From: an uncultured Verrucomicrobiae bacterium
GTDB taxonomy: Bacteria; Verrucomicrobiota; Verrucomicrobiia; Chthoniobacterales; JAFAMB01
DNA length: 64,000 nucleotides
Assembly (NCBI GenBank): GCA_963813025.1
Contig: CAWEXO010000008.1
Span: forward strand, 1 to 64,000
Direction: 5' to 3'
Below the pieces are notes generated by a model. That model was given only the letters and a program-made list of their open reading frames with translations, did not search any database and had not been told where the DNA came from. Within the stretch, counting starts at the first letter, position 1, and each line of letters opens with the position of its first letter. This document shows positions 10,006-19,970 of the stretch, one piece after another. The position numbers and the translations under genes were made by a program.

Positions 10006-10941
10006 CTACCCCCGCATTTGCAAGACTATTTTACCGCGGGCTCGCTTGCTTTCGCTTAGCTGAAGAGCCTTTCCCGCTTCCGCCAGCGGAAACACGGCTT
10101 CGACTGGAACCCGCAGGACCCCGGCGTCGAACAACGGGGCCAGGGTATCGAGCCGCTTGCCATTCGGAACTACGTTGACAAATTTCCCCTGCACACCGTA
10201 TTCCGCGGCCCGTTCGTCCGAGGGCGGCTGAATCGTTGAGACCAACGTGCCTCCCTTCTTGAGAACCTTCCAGGACCGCTCTTGGGTATCCCCGCCAATC
10301 GTGTCCAGGACAACATCGATTTCCGATCCAGCTTCCTCGAAGGGCGTCGTTTGGTAATCGATCACTTCGTCAGCTCCATGTTGGCGGACGACATCAAGGT
10401 TGCGGACCGACGCAGTGCCGATCACGTAGGCGCCTTTCCATCTTCCCAACTGTACGGCCGAACTGCCAACACCACCCGCCGCGCCATGAACTAACAACCG
10501 TTGACCGGCCTGCAGACCGGCAAGGTCAAAAATGGACTGAAAAGCGGTAAGAAATACCACAGGCGCACCCGCCGCCTTAACGAAGTCCAGCGAAGCCGGC
10601 TTATGGCCGAGCTCCTCTTCTTTCGCCAAGGCAAACTCCGCGAACGCCCCATTCCTCTGGAGGTTCAGATAGCCGTAGACCGCGTCACCGGTCTGGAAGC
10701 GATTTACCCTGGCGCCAAGCGCCTCGACAACGCCCGCGACATCGCAGCCGAGAGTTAACGGAGGTTTGTGTTGGAACATGTCTTTCCCGAATCCGTTACG
10801 GAACAGCCAATCGATTGGATTGACGCCGGCCGCGTGCACGCGAACGAGCACGTCATCGGGAGCCGAAACGGCCGGTTGAGGGATCTCCTCGATCGCGAGG
10901 ACCTCGGGGCCGCCAAATGAATGAATACGAGCTGCTTGCAT
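10006..10941 (-). CDS. NADP-dependent oxidoreductase (MDR/quinone oxidoreductase family)
   Basis: Start MQAARIHSFGGPEVL; VHAAGVNPID; HGAAGGVGS; RARGKIVL. Confidence 0.9.
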   Translation of the reverse strand: MQAARIHSFGGPEVLAIEEIPQPAVSAPDDVLVRVHAAGVNPIDWLFRNGFGKDMFQHKPPLTLGCDVAGVVEALGARVNRFQTGDAVYGYLNLQRNGAFAEFALAKEEELGHKPASLDFVKAAGAPVVFLTAFQSIFDLAGLQAGQRLLVHGAAGGVGSSAVQLGRWKGAYVIGTASVRNLDVVRQHGADEVIDYQTTPFEEAGSEIDVVLDTIGGDTQERSWKVLKKGGTLVSTIQPPSDERAAEYGVQGKFVNVVPNGKRLDTLAPLFDAGVLRVPVEAVFPLAEAGKALQLSESKRARGKIVLQMRG

Positions 10942-11171
10942 AATAACAGATCTAGGCTTGACCGGGTTTCGGACTACCGTTGGAAAAACCGGCTTAACCC
11001 GGGGATGAAACAGATTTTCGCACAGAACATTCTCCGACGTCCGCTGACTCGATTTGACGCGCAACAATTTTTTTCCCTCAACCCTGTTTTGGTCCGTGCT
11101 CGTTCGGTCGCCGGCGCACACAAGTTGACTACGCCGCATTCGAGATTAGCTTCTGCCAAGTGTCGAAGCGG

Positions 11172-11531
11172 ATGAAATGTTCTCCGGCAAACGCGACTGA
11201 CGCCGACGTAGCCATCTATTTTAACCAGGGGCTCGAGTGCGCGTTCGGCTATTACGGAGATCTTTTGGTGAACGAACGCGGGATGATCTTCCGGTCTCCG
11301 TGGCGGTTCCATCCGGGCACTCAGTTGGCTCTGCGCCTTTGCGAGAAGCGGGATGGTGCGCTGTCCGCCGAATGCAAGGAAGTCACCGGTCTGGTAGTGC
11401 ATTGCGAGCAGCTTTATAGCCGGTCACGACTGTTCGAGAGCACAGTTCTGTTCATTGATGTCCCCGAACCGTTGCAGGCGGAGATTGATCGGCTGGCGAA
11501 TCGCCCGGAACTGAAGGGCAACCTGAATTAA
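11172..11531 (+). CDS. Hypothetical protein, PilZ-like beta-barrel
   Basis: VNERGMIF..PGTQLALRL..VTGLVVHC..VLFIDV pattern; no clear RxxxR motif. Confidence 0.5.
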   Translation: MKCSPANATDADVAIYFNQGLECAFGYYGDLLVNERGMIFRSPWRFHPGTQLALRLCEKRDGALSAECKEVTGLVVHCEQLYSRSRLFESTVLFIDVPEPLQAEIDRLANRPELKGNLN

Positions 11532-11543
11532 CAGCGCAGCGAA

Positions 11544-11640
11544 AGAGGTTGTCTCGCAACACCCAAGGCGGTAGGGCAAGCTCCTGCTTGGCCTTCTTAG
11601 TGTTCGATCACGTCTCGAACCGTAAGCATGGCCACAACCA
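11544..11640 (+). repeat. Partial copy of the GTCTCGCAAC/GGTAGGGC REP-MITE family
   Basis: gtctcgcaacacccaaggcggtagggcaagctcctgcttg matches the copies at 36741 and 31599-31854. Confidence 0.75.
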
Positions 11641-11694
11641 TTATATGGTCGTGCTGAGCGCATCTTCAATGATGAACTGGCTTTTTGTTGTGGC

Positions 11695-12796
11695 CTACGC
11701 CGGACCGAACTCGCTCGCGCTGACCAGCCGGAGCGTTCTCGTCGCGCGCCGGATTTCGTTGCGGAGCTCCGTGAGCATTTCGCGGGTCACTTCGAGCTGT
11801 TCGGCCTTCCGTTGGGTCCACTGCTGCGCGATCCTCTGGAGACGCTGATAAGCACTAGCAATGTAAGCGGAACCAGCGGCGGGCAGTCCGGGGCTGGCGA
11901 GCTTCGTCTTGAGCTGACGCTGCGCTTCAGCCAGTTCAGCCAGAACAATTTTTTCGGCAGGAACACGGCGGAGGTTCCCCGACCAAACCAAGTTTGGCAA
12001 GAGTCCAGATCACCCATTTGGTGGGATCGATCTGCCATGGCTTGACGCCATTTCGGTAGTCGTACTGAAACTCGTGATGGTAGTTATGGTAGCCTTCGCC
12101 CAAAGTCACGATCGCCATCAGCCACGAGTCGCGGGCGCTGCATCGTGAGGAATACGGGCGCTTACCCATATAGTGGCAGAGCGAATTGATGCAAAACGTG
12201 CAGTGCTGAAGAATCACGACGCGTGCAACCCCCGCAATGAGGAACGCACCGAGAGCTGATCTCCAGCCGCCCCAGGCAAAGCCGAGGATCGCGGGTAAAC
12301 CAAAGGCGACGAACGCGGCGATCCAGTGGATGTAGCGATTCTGCCAACGGACGAGAGGGTCCTTCTGCAAATCGGTCACGTTGTCGAAAGGCGGCAGCGG
12401 ATTGAGCTTGAACATCAGCCAGCCCATGTGGGCGTGAAAGAATCCCTTGGCAATGCAGTAGGGATCTTCATCGTGGTCGACATGCTTATGGTGGGTCCGG
12501 TGCTCACAGGCCCAAAGGAGGACGGAGTTCTCAAAGGCGCCCGCGCCGAAGATCAACGTGAGCAACCGCACGATCCAGTGCGCCTGGAAAGTGAGGTGCG
12601 AGTAAAGCCGGTGATATCCGAGGGTTATCGAAAATCCGCACGCAAAGAACATCAGAAAGAAAAGTCCGATCTGAAACCAATCAATCCCAAAAAACACGAG
12701 ATATGCCGGCACTGCGGTGAGCGATAGAAACAAAGTGCCAATCAGAAAGGAGCTGATTTGCCAATTGACTTTTTCGAAAGGGATTCGTGAAAACAT
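11695..12796 (-). pseudogene. Delta-9-type acyl-CoA/lipid desaturase with a single frameshift near the C-terminus
   Basis: His boxes HRLYSH, HRTHH, HNYHH. Removing one base from the C4 run at 11977-11980 gives LGLVGNLRRVPAEKIV, joining ORF 11695..12000. Could be a sequencing error. Confidence 0.75.
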
Positions 12797-12977
12797 GATG
12801 TTGCTAGCAGGTCCGCAAATGCCGAAAGCGGCCGAGCCAAAGTGCCCACATCTCGTTCAATGCGGAAGTTATGCAATTTATTTCGGCGTGGCCGCGAGCT
12901 GCACTGTCGCCCGGCTTCATTGACTCCTCCCATACTCTTCTCGACGAGTTTCCGTTACTTTAACGTATAGCGGAGGG

Positions 12978-13052
12978 GCAGTTGCAGGTTCCAAGTCCCT
13001 GGTTCCGAGTAACGCGCGACTCGGGACTCGTAACCAGGGACTCGTAACTCAG
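12978..13052. repeat. Inverted pair of degenerate heptamer arrays
   Basis: aagtccc-tggttcc-gagtaac followed by gactcgg-gactcgt-aaccagg-gactcgt-aactcag. Confidence 0.7.
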
Positions 13053-13530
13053 TTTGACCGGGAAACCAGGCCCCGCCCATTTCCTCTCGCGCAGGTTCGG
13101 GCCAACACGTCGACGAACTGAGAAACAATGGGGGCGAATACACCGTCTGGCTTCCAGGCGGCACCCACCGGCACCCACGCCCTCTCCTCGGGAGCCAGCT
13201 CGCGGCAAATTACATCTTTTGCGGGAATTTTTTGCAGCGGCTCACTAACCACTGCTACGCCAAAGCCAGCCGCAACAAAAGCGAGCGCGCTCGCGGCGCC
13301 GTCCGCCTCCTTAACGATGCGCGGCTTGAAACCGACGCGTCGACAAACTGTTAGCGCGACGCCCTTACGCCGTCTCTCGAATAATTCTATCCCGACCTCG
13401 CCCTGCAGGTCGCGAATTTGCTTGCTAAATGGAGGTTGAGAAACGTGCAACCGCCCCGCGGCATGCGTGAAGTTCAGCTCCTCGGCGGCAGCAACGAAGT
13501 ATTCCAGATGGCGGAACGCGAAGCTCTGAT
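13049..13530 (-). pseudogene. LysR regulator with a large internal in-frame deletion
   Basis: HTH (FRHLEYFVAAAEELNFTHAA...SQPPFSKQIRDL...KGVALT) is joined at ~13349 directly to the C-terminal VCRRVGFKPRIV..VAAGFGVAVV. Confidence 0.85.
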
Positions 13531-13724
13531 GCGTCGGCCGAGTCTTAATAGTTCTACGTTCATGAGTTCCATATTTCGCCGGTTCGCTCCACGTCACTGA
13601 AACTATGAAGCATTGAGTAACCTCGTCCCTGTCAACACGAGTGATTCACTGATGAGTCTCGTTCGTCTTCTCCTTGTCGTCCCATACTGGTATTGAAGAG
13701 TTGAGGTTTCGTTTGCGTATGCCA

Positions 13725-14031
13725 AGGGTCGGTGGTTCCCGGGTCCTGAGTCCCGAGTTATGCGTGGCGAGTCCCGCGTGGCAAGCTGTACAATGCGCTC
13801 TGCTGTGGTCAGTTAAAAAAAACTGGAGAATCGGATTGACTACTCCTAATTCGAAACCAGAGAACCAGAGATCCGCGACTCGCCACCCGGCACTCGCCAC
13901 CCGGCACTCGCCACCCGGCACTCGCCACCCGGCACTCGCCACCCGGCACTCGCCACCCGGCACTCGCCACCCGGCACTCGCCACCCGGCACTCGGGACTC
14001 GTAACTCGGGACCAGGGACTCTGGACTCGGG
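13725..14031. repeat. Inverted heptamer arrays including a perfect 14-bp tandem (ACTCGCCACCCGGC)x8 at 13878-13989
   Basis: Counted directly; GAGTCCC-oriented array at 13725-13785 faces a GGGACTC-oriented array at 13855-14031. Confidence 0.9.
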
Positions 14032-14043
14032 AATGCGATGGAG

Positions 14044-14430
14044 TTACCGTTTCCTCCCTCGATTTGCTGCGACTTTTTCCAAGTGTTCCTTCACCCTGAA
14101 CGCTATGACCCTCTTGATCAGGGCGTATGGAATGGGTTCGTCGAGGGGAAATTTCAGGTTGTCTTTACCCGTTCGGAACCGCGAGATCAATTGCTTTAGG
14201 CTTTCATCCCCCATTACGGGCGGATAAAGGCCGATGTGCTTTTTGAAAGCGGCGAAATAAATCAGATCGCCGTTTAACCCGAATGCGGGAATTTGATAAC
14301 TGATCTTTTCCTCCGCCTCCGGGGCGGCGTCTTTGATCATCGATCTGATCTTCTCTAAGATCGTTTGAACTTCCGGGGAGAATCGCGCGATGTACTCATC
14401 GATATTCTTGGGCGCTGAACGATCAGTCAT
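14044..14430 (-). CDS. DUF1801/YdhG-like protein
   Basis: IDEYIA..PEAEEKISYQIPAF..YFAAFKKHIGLYP..FPLDEPIPYALI. Confidence 0.85.
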   Translation of the reverse strand: MTDRSAPKNIDEYIARFSPEVQTILEKIRSMIKDAAPEAEEKISYQIPAFGLNGDLIYFAAFKKHIGLYPPVMGDESLKQLISRFRTGKDNLKFPLDEPIPYALIKRVIAFRVKEHLEKVAANRGRKR

Positions 14431-14496
14431 GATGCAAGCTGGGCTCTCGGGTGCACTGACCGGAGTCGCGCTTCGTTCCTTGAGCGGTTCTTAGCA

Positions 14497-14568
14497 TGGG
14501 TTGGGAGGGGCTCGAACCCTCAACCAACGCCTTAAAAGGGCGCTGCTCTACCATTGAGCTACCAACCC
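14497..14568 (-). tRNA. tRNA-Lys(UUU), CCA not encoded
   Basis: GGGTTGGTAGCTCAATGGTAGAGCAGCGCCCTTTTAAGGCGTTGGTTGAGGGTTCGAGCCCCTCCCAACCCA forms a cloverleaf; anticodon TTT, T-loop TTCGAGC. Confidence 0.95.
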
Positions 14569-14619
14569 GGTAGCCAAGAGCCCCGGAACATACTGCTGAG
14601 AGTAACTTGTGCAAGGTTC

Positions 14620-14920
14620 GAATATGCCGCCGCCAACTGATCACGGCGATATCATCCCGCTGTGGTATTCGTTCGAACTCGTCAAGAAACGCGTGGAGGA
14701 AGGGGGCTGGACCCACCAGGTCACGCAGCGTGAACTGCCTTCCTCGAAGGACCTAGCCGGCGTCAACATGCGCCTGACCGCCGGAAGCTATCGCGAACTC
14801 CATTGGCATACGGCGGATGAATGGGCCTACGTACTCTATGGCAATGCCCGTGTGACCGTGATGAACCCGACGGCACGATGTTCATCGCCTCGCACAAGTT
14901 CGAGGATGTCTCGCTCAATG
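14620..14920 (+). pseudogene. Oxalate decarboxylase-family bicupin fragment
   Basis: PPPTDHGD..WYSF..EGGWTHQVT..AGVNMRLTAGSYRELHWHTADEWAY; a frameshift at ~14868, then a jump to a C-terminal-like KFEDVSLN. Confidence 0.8.
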
Positions 14921-15074
14921 GCTCCGACGCACGCCTGCGGAAATTGTTCAAGCGCACCTGGGCTTCGACAAGGCGAGCCTGGAGCAAATTCCTGCCGAGA
15001 AGCTGGGAGTCCTGTAGCTTGCATGAGACCCTGGCAGGCCGAACCAACTCGCTTCAAGGCCGGAAAGAAACGCT

Positions 15075-15878
15075 TCATCCCTTTTCAATCATCGCGTAGG
15101 CGTTGTGATTGTGGATCGATTCGTAATTCTCCGCTTCCACCCGATACCAGGCGATGCGGGTATCGGCGTTGGCGCGGGTAGCAACATTGCGCACCAGGTC
15201 CTCGACAAACACCGGATGGGCATACGCCCTCTCCGTCACTGCTTTTTCGTCAGGACGCTTCAAGAGACTATATAACTCCGAACTGGCTGACAGCTCGACC
15301 ATCCGAATCAGATCTTCGATCCAAATGGGCTCGGTGAAGCGTACGCTGAACGTGACCTGTCCTCGCTGGTTATGCGCACCCTGATCGCTGATCGCCTTGG
15401 AACAAGGACACAAGGTAGTCACCGGCACGATCACCGTTACCAGGAAATCAATGTCGTCATGGCTGGCGGTCGCGGTAAAGCGAGCCGTATAATCCATGAG
15501 GCCGCCGGCCCCTGTCACCGGAGCCTTTTTCTCCACGAAAAACGGGAATTCAATATCCACGTGGGCCTGTGCGGCGTGCAACCGGCGCTGCAGATGGCGT
15601 AAAATAATCTCGATGTTCTCCACCTGAATCGTCGATCCGTGCTCGTTCAGCACCTCGATGAACCGGCTCATGTGCGTGCCTTTGAAATGATGCGGCAGAT
15701 CGACCGTCAAAGCGACCGTCGCCACCGTGTTCTGCGAGGTGTGCGCCTTATCGCGCACGCGGATCGGGAACCGCACATTGGTGACTCCCACCCGGTCAAT
15801 AGCGAGTTCGCGATGGTCCGGCAAATTCTGCGTATCAACCAAACTTGGGGACCGGCTGAGTTCTGCTTTCGGTTGCAT
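15075..15878 (-). CDS. folE2: GTP cyclohydrolase IB
   Basis: [46 protein letters not shown]. Confidence 0.95.
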   Translation of the reverse strand: MQPKAELSRSPSLVDTQNLPDHRELAIDRVGVTNVRFPIRVRDKAHTSQNTVATVALTVDLPHHFKGTHMSRFIEVLNEHGSTIQVENIEIILRHLQRRLHAAQAHVDIEFPFFVEKKAPVTGAGGLMDYTARFTATASHDDIDFLVTVIVPVTTLCPCSKAISDQGAHNQRGQVTFSVRFTEPIWIEDLIRMVELSASSELYSLLKRPDEKAVTERAYAHPVFVEDLVRNVATRANADTRIAWYRVEAENYESIHNHNAYAMIEKG

Positions 15879-15941
15879 CGATCTCTGGTTTTCCTCAACT
15901 TCAGGTCAGGCGTTAGAGAACCACCCCTCCCTCGCCCTATT

Positions 15942-16736
15942 GTGAAGCAATACCTTGAACTGCTCGAATTAGTCCTCGTAAAAGGCAAACCAAAAGAAGA
16001 TCGCACCGGCGTCGGCACGATCTCCTACTTTGGCGCACAAGTGCGCTTCGATCTGGCGGACGGATTCCCAATCCTCACTACTAAAAGGGTTCATTTCAAA
16101 TCCGTCGTTTACGAGTTGCTCTGGTTCCTGCGGGGCGACACGAATATTGCCTATCTGAAAAAACATGGTGTGACCATCTGGGACGAGTGGGCTGACAATA
16201 GAGGCGATCTTGGCCGAATTTATGGCGCGCAATGGACCGATTGGCGGACACCGGATGGACGTGTGATCAACCAGCTTGATGTTCTCGTAAAGCAAATCCT
16301 GTCTTCACCCGATAGCCGGCGGTTGATCTTATCGGCCTGGAACCCGGGTGAACTGGATCAAATGGCCCTTCCTCCTTGCCATGTGCTCTCTCAATTCTAC
16401 GTCAGAGACGGACGCCTGAGCTGCCAGCTTTACCAGCGGAGCGCTGATCTTTTTCTAGGGGTACCTTTTAATATTGCCTCGTACGCTCTCCTGGTGCACT
16501 TGATCGCCGCGGTCACCGGGCTGCAAGCCGGTGAATTCATCCACAGTTTCGGCGACGTCCACATTTATCGGAACCATCTCGATCAGGTGGCAGAGCAGCT
16601 CCAGCGAACGCCGCGGCCGCTGCCACATTTGAAATTCAATCGGATTCCGAAGCTTCTCCGGAATTTTGACTACGCGGACATCGAGTTGATTGGCTATGAA
16701 CCGTGGCCGGCGATCAAGGCTCCGATTGCTGTTTGA
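15942..16736 (+). CDS. thyA: Thymidylate synthase
   Basis: GTG start (KQYLELL), [35 protein letters not shown]; 264 aa. Confidence 0.97.
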   Translation: MKQYLELLELVLVKGKPKEDRTGVGTISYFGAQVRFDLADGFPILTTKRVHFKSVVYELLWFLRGDTNIAYLKKHGVTIWDEWADNRGDLGRIYGAQWTDWRTPDGRVINQLDVLVKQILSSPDSRRLILSAWNPGELDQMALPPCHVLSQFYVRDGRLSCQLYQRSADLFLGVPFNIASYALLVHLIAAVTGLQAGEFIHSFGDVHIYRNHLDQVAEQLQRTPRPLPHLKFNRIPKLLRNFDYADIELIGYEPWPAIKAPIAV

Positions 16737-17206
16737 ACGTGAAAGCAATCGTGGCGATGACTCCGAGCCGGGTGATTGGGTGGCAAAATCAGCTGCCCTG
16801 GGGGCTGCCAGAGGACCTTCGATGGTTCAAACGCACCACGATGGGACACCCGGTGCTCATGGGGCGAAAGACCTTCGAATCGATTGGTAAACCTCTGGCG
16901 GGGCGTCGCAACCTCGTGGTCAGCCGGACAGCAAGCTTCCCCGGCGTAGAGATGATCCGGAATTTGCGCGATTTCCAACCGGATCAGTATCGGCCGGAGG
17001 TGTGCGTGATCGGGGGCGCCGAAATCTACCGGCTTCTTCTGAGCCGCCTCGACGAGATCATTGTCACCCGGCTGAAGCGCGAGTACCACGGGGACACCTA
17101 TTTTCCGGCATTCGAGGACAATTTTGTGCTTACCGCGACCCTGGATGAGACTCCCGAGTTTATCCGGGTTCGCTATCGCCGGAAGTCGAGCGGCACGGGA
17201 GTCTAA
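16733..17206 (+). CDS. folA: Dihydrofolate reductase
   Basis: [40 protein letters not shown]; overlaps the thyA stop. Confidence 0.95.
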   Translation: MNVKAIVAMTPSRVIGWQNQLPWGLPEDLRWFKRTTMGHPVLMGRKTFESIGKPLAGRRNLVVSRTASFPGVEMIRNLRDFQPDQYRPEVCVIGGAEIYRLLLSRLDEIIVTRLKREYHGDTYFPAFEDNFVLTATLDETPEFIRVRYRRKSSGTGV

Positions 17207-17207
17207 C

Positions 17208-17265
17208 TGGGAGAAATCCAGGAGTTACAGGAGTCCAGGAGTTACGGAAGTCCGGGAGTTGCAGG
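17208..17265. repeat. CAGGAGTT(A/G)-type 8-9-mer array, inverted partner at 17663-17699
   Basis: caggagttacaggagtccaggagttacggaagtccgggagttgcagg versus ggacttctgcaactcctagactcctgcaactcct. Confidence 0.75.
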
Positions 17266-17266
17266 A

Positions 17267-17542
17267 TCAGCGACTTCGATGGTGGAGTTCGAGGATCCAC
17301 TTCTCACCAGTCTGGGTGTCTCGATAGACTTCCTTGTTGTCTTTCTTCTCGATGAGTTGGTATCGGTTAGTGCCTAATGCTCTAACGAAAGTATCCACGG
17401 TAGGAGGTGCTTGTACCTGCGTGATGACAGTCGTTCTAGTGACCGGGACGGCTACGGTTTGTGCCAAGGCTCCTGTCGTTGTGATGAAAAGACTGCAAAA
17501 TGCAATACCGGCTAGGATACAAATTCGAGTTTTCACGACCAT
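17267..17542 (-). CDS. Small exported hypothetical protein
   Basis: Signal-peptide-like N-terminus ending ALA-Q; C-terminal EVYRDTQTGEKWILE. Confidence 0.6.
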   Translation of the reverse strand: MVVKTRICILAGIAFCSLFITTTGALAQTVAVPVTRTTVITQVQAPPTVDTFVRALGTNRYQLIEKKDNKEVYRDTQTGEKWILELHHRSR

Positions 17543-17697
17543 ATGACGGATTATGCAAGGCCGGTATTCGAGCTTTAGCTTTCGCCAGGTGGGCGGCGAT
17601 ACGGCCTGCTATGGATCGATAGAACGCAGACTTTGAGCGTCTTTTTCAATCGGATCCTTTTACCAGGACTTCTGCAACTCCTAGACTCCTGCAACTC

Positions 17698-18366
17698 CTA
17701 GACCTGCTGTGCCACAGCTGCGAGAACAGTGGAAACGCTTGTCGTGCGATGATCGACAATTAGCAATTGCATCCCCGCGTTAGTCGCGCCGAGACCGTCT
17801 TCTTCCTTGTCGTCGCCCACATGCAGGAAGCGATCGGCTGACACACCAAACCGGCGAACTGCTTCCTGGAAAATGCGAGGCGAAGGTTTGTCCGCACCAA
17901 CCTCGGTCGAGACAATCACATGTTCGAAGTAGGAAGCGACTTCCAGCAGGTCGAGGATCGCGTAGAGCCGGCGATCGAAATTGGAGATAATGCCGAGACG
18001 CAGCCCGTTGGACTTCAGTTGTCGCAACGTGGGAAGCGCGCCTGGCGAGAGAGCCCAAATACCCGGCTGGGCAAACTCACGATAAAGGTCTTCAAAATAA
18101 GAATCGAAGTCCCTGATTTCATATTCAGCGGAGGAAAGGGTCAATTCGACTAACCGCCGCCACCAACTCCGCCCGTCATCAGGCCGCGGGCCTGGTGCGT
18201 CCGGCGGCTTTGGATTGGCTTCCCAGGCGGCACGAAACGACCGGCTAAGCCGCGCAGCGTCAAGATCATAGCCGTGGCGCCGGGCAATCCGCGCGTAAGT
18301 CGATGACGCTGGCTCGATCAATCGAAAAAGCGTGTTGCCGGCATCGAAAGTAACCACTTGAATCAT
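17698..18366 (-). CDS. HAD-IA family hydrolase
   Basis: VTFDAGNTL, ISNFD, KPSPRIF, HVGDD...DG. Confidence 0.9.
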   Translation of the reverse strand: MIQVVTFDAGNTLFRLIEPASSTYARIARRHGYDLDAARLSRSFRAAWEANPKPPDAPGPRPDDGRSWWRRLVELTLSSAEYEIRDFDSYFEDLYREFAQPGIWALSPGALPTLRQLKSNGLRLGIISNFDRRLYAILDLLEVASYFEHVIVSTEVGADKPSPRIFQEAVRRFGVSADRFLHVGDDKEEDGLGATNAGMQLLIVDHRTTSVSTVLAAVAQQV

Positions 18367-18669
18367 AGCGGCTTGAGGCGGGCTGAGCGGCTGCAGGTGC
18401 CGACGTAGCGCGGACGGCCTCGTCCGTAATGTGAGCGGGTTTAGCGGACCGACCGGCTTGCGTGGGATGAGTGCATCCGTGAAGTATTACCAATAACCTC
18501 TCGTCTAATGAAATTGCTCATCGGCCACTCGCTCAAGCCGCTCAGATCGCTCCGCAGCCGTCAGCTTGACGCTCTATTCATTCAGTTTTAGATTGGGCGG
18601 CAAGACCGAAGCTGGTCAGGAGCACGCAAGTGGCGGCGTGTCCGGCCTTCTCGGTCGTTATTGCTTTTT

Positions 18670-19932
18670 ATGAACAGTGATCTTCTCGCAGTGTTGGACT
18701 ATATGGAGCGGGAGAAGGGCATCAAACGCGAGATTCTGCTCGATGCCGTATCCAGCGCTCTGCTCACCGCGGCCAAGAAAAGTGTGGGTCCGGCGCGCGA
18801 CTTGCGCGTGACGATCGAGCCTCGATCAGGCGAGATCACTGCCTTAGCCAGTCTGATCGTTGTCGAAGATGTACGAAATATCCATGACGAGATTCCTTTG
18901 AGTCGTGCTCGAAAGGTCAAGCCGGATGCCAATATTGGTGACGTGATCGAGGTGGAGGTGACGCCGGAAGGCTTCGGCCGCATCGCCGCGCAAACCGCCC
19001 GGCAAGCCATCCTGCAGCGCATCCGGCAAGCCGAAAAGGAAATGATTTATGACGAGTTCAAGGATCGCGCCGGAGAGATCGTTAGCGGCACCGTAAGACG
19101 GTTTGAACGATCAGATGTGATTGTGGATCTCGGCAAATTCGAAGCAGTGATGCCGGCTCGGGAACGGGTCACTACCGAGGATTACAATATTGGAGACCGG
19201 GTTCGCGCCTACGTGGTGGCAGTGGAAAACTCCACTCGCGGTCCGGAGATCATTATTTCGCGGAGTCATCCCAGCTTTGTCCGGCGTCTGTTTGAAGTTG
19301 AAGTAAGCGAAATCGCTGATCGAACCGTCGAGATCAAGGCCATCGCCCGTGAAGCGGGTTTCCGAACGAAAATCGCGGTCTGGTCTTCGGACGAAAAGGT
19401 GGATCCGGTGGGTGCTTGTGTCGGGATGCGTGGTTCGCGCGTCAAAAACATCGTCCGGGAACTCAATCAGGAGAAGGTGGATATTATCCGCTGGAGCGAG
19501 GATCCGCGCGAGTTTGTGATGGAGGCCCTGAAGCCGGCGAAAATCAAGTCGCTGAAGCTTGATCAGGAGCGCCATGCCGTCAATGTAACGGTCGACGAGG
19601 ATCAACTTTCTTTGGCCATCGGTCGCCGGGGACAGAACGCGCGCTTGACCTCGCGACTCACTGGATGGGAAATCAATATCTCGAAAGATGAATCGGCCAC
19701 GCAGGCCTTCGAACAAAAGATCGCTCAGGCCATTACGGCGCTTGCGCAATCGCTCCAGATCGACGAAGAAACAGCTCGATCGCTTGCTCGAGCGGGAGTA
19801 AACAGCGTTGAAGGTATTCTCGAAGTTGATCCGGAGGATATCGCCGCAATTCTCCAGGTCGATATTGGGCGCGCCCAAGGAATTCATGACGCGGCCAGGA
19901 GAGAGCACGACCGAAATATGGCGTCGATCTAA
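18670..19932 (+). CDS. nusA: Transcription termination/antitermination factor NusA
   Basis: FGRIAAQTARQ, AREAGFRTKIAV, DPVGACVGMRGSRV, LSLAIGRRGQNARL. Confidence 0.98.
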   Translation: MNSDLLAVLDYMEREKGIKREILLDAVSSALLTAAKKSVGPARDLRVTIEPRSGEITALASLIVVEDVRNIHDEIPLSRARKVKPDANIGDVIEVEVTPEGFGRIAAQTARQAILQRIRQAEKEMIYDEFKDRAGEIVSGTVRRFERSDVIVDLGKFEAVMPARERVTTEDYNIGDRVRAYVVAVENSTRGPEIIISRSHPSFVRRLFEVEVSEIADRTVEIKAIAREAGFRTKIAVWSSDEKVDPVGACVGMRGSRVKNIVRELNQEKVDIIRWSEDPREFVMEALKPAKIKSLKLDQERHAVNVTVDEDQLSLAIGRRGQNARLTSRLTGWEINISKDESATQAFEQKIAQAITALAQSLQIDEETARSLARAGVNSVEGILEVDPEDIAAILQVDIGRAQGIHDAARREHDRNMASI

Positions 19933-19970
19933 CCGAGTTGGCGCAATGGAAAGTTCACTGAGAAAGATTC

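Noticed and set aside
13878..13989. CRISPR array
   Set aside because: Contiguous identical 14-mers with no spacers and no cas genes. The overlapping ORFs (13646..13984 and others) are translations of the repeat.
13049..14568. Genomic island integrated at tRNA-Lys
   Set aside because: No integrase and no duplicated tRNA 3' end found.
15639..15941. N-terminal extensions of thyA (also ORFs 10006..11139, 27067..27897, 29752..30921, 37117..38193)
   Set aside because: Longest-ORF artefacts overlapping other features; family homology starts at the downstream starts used here.
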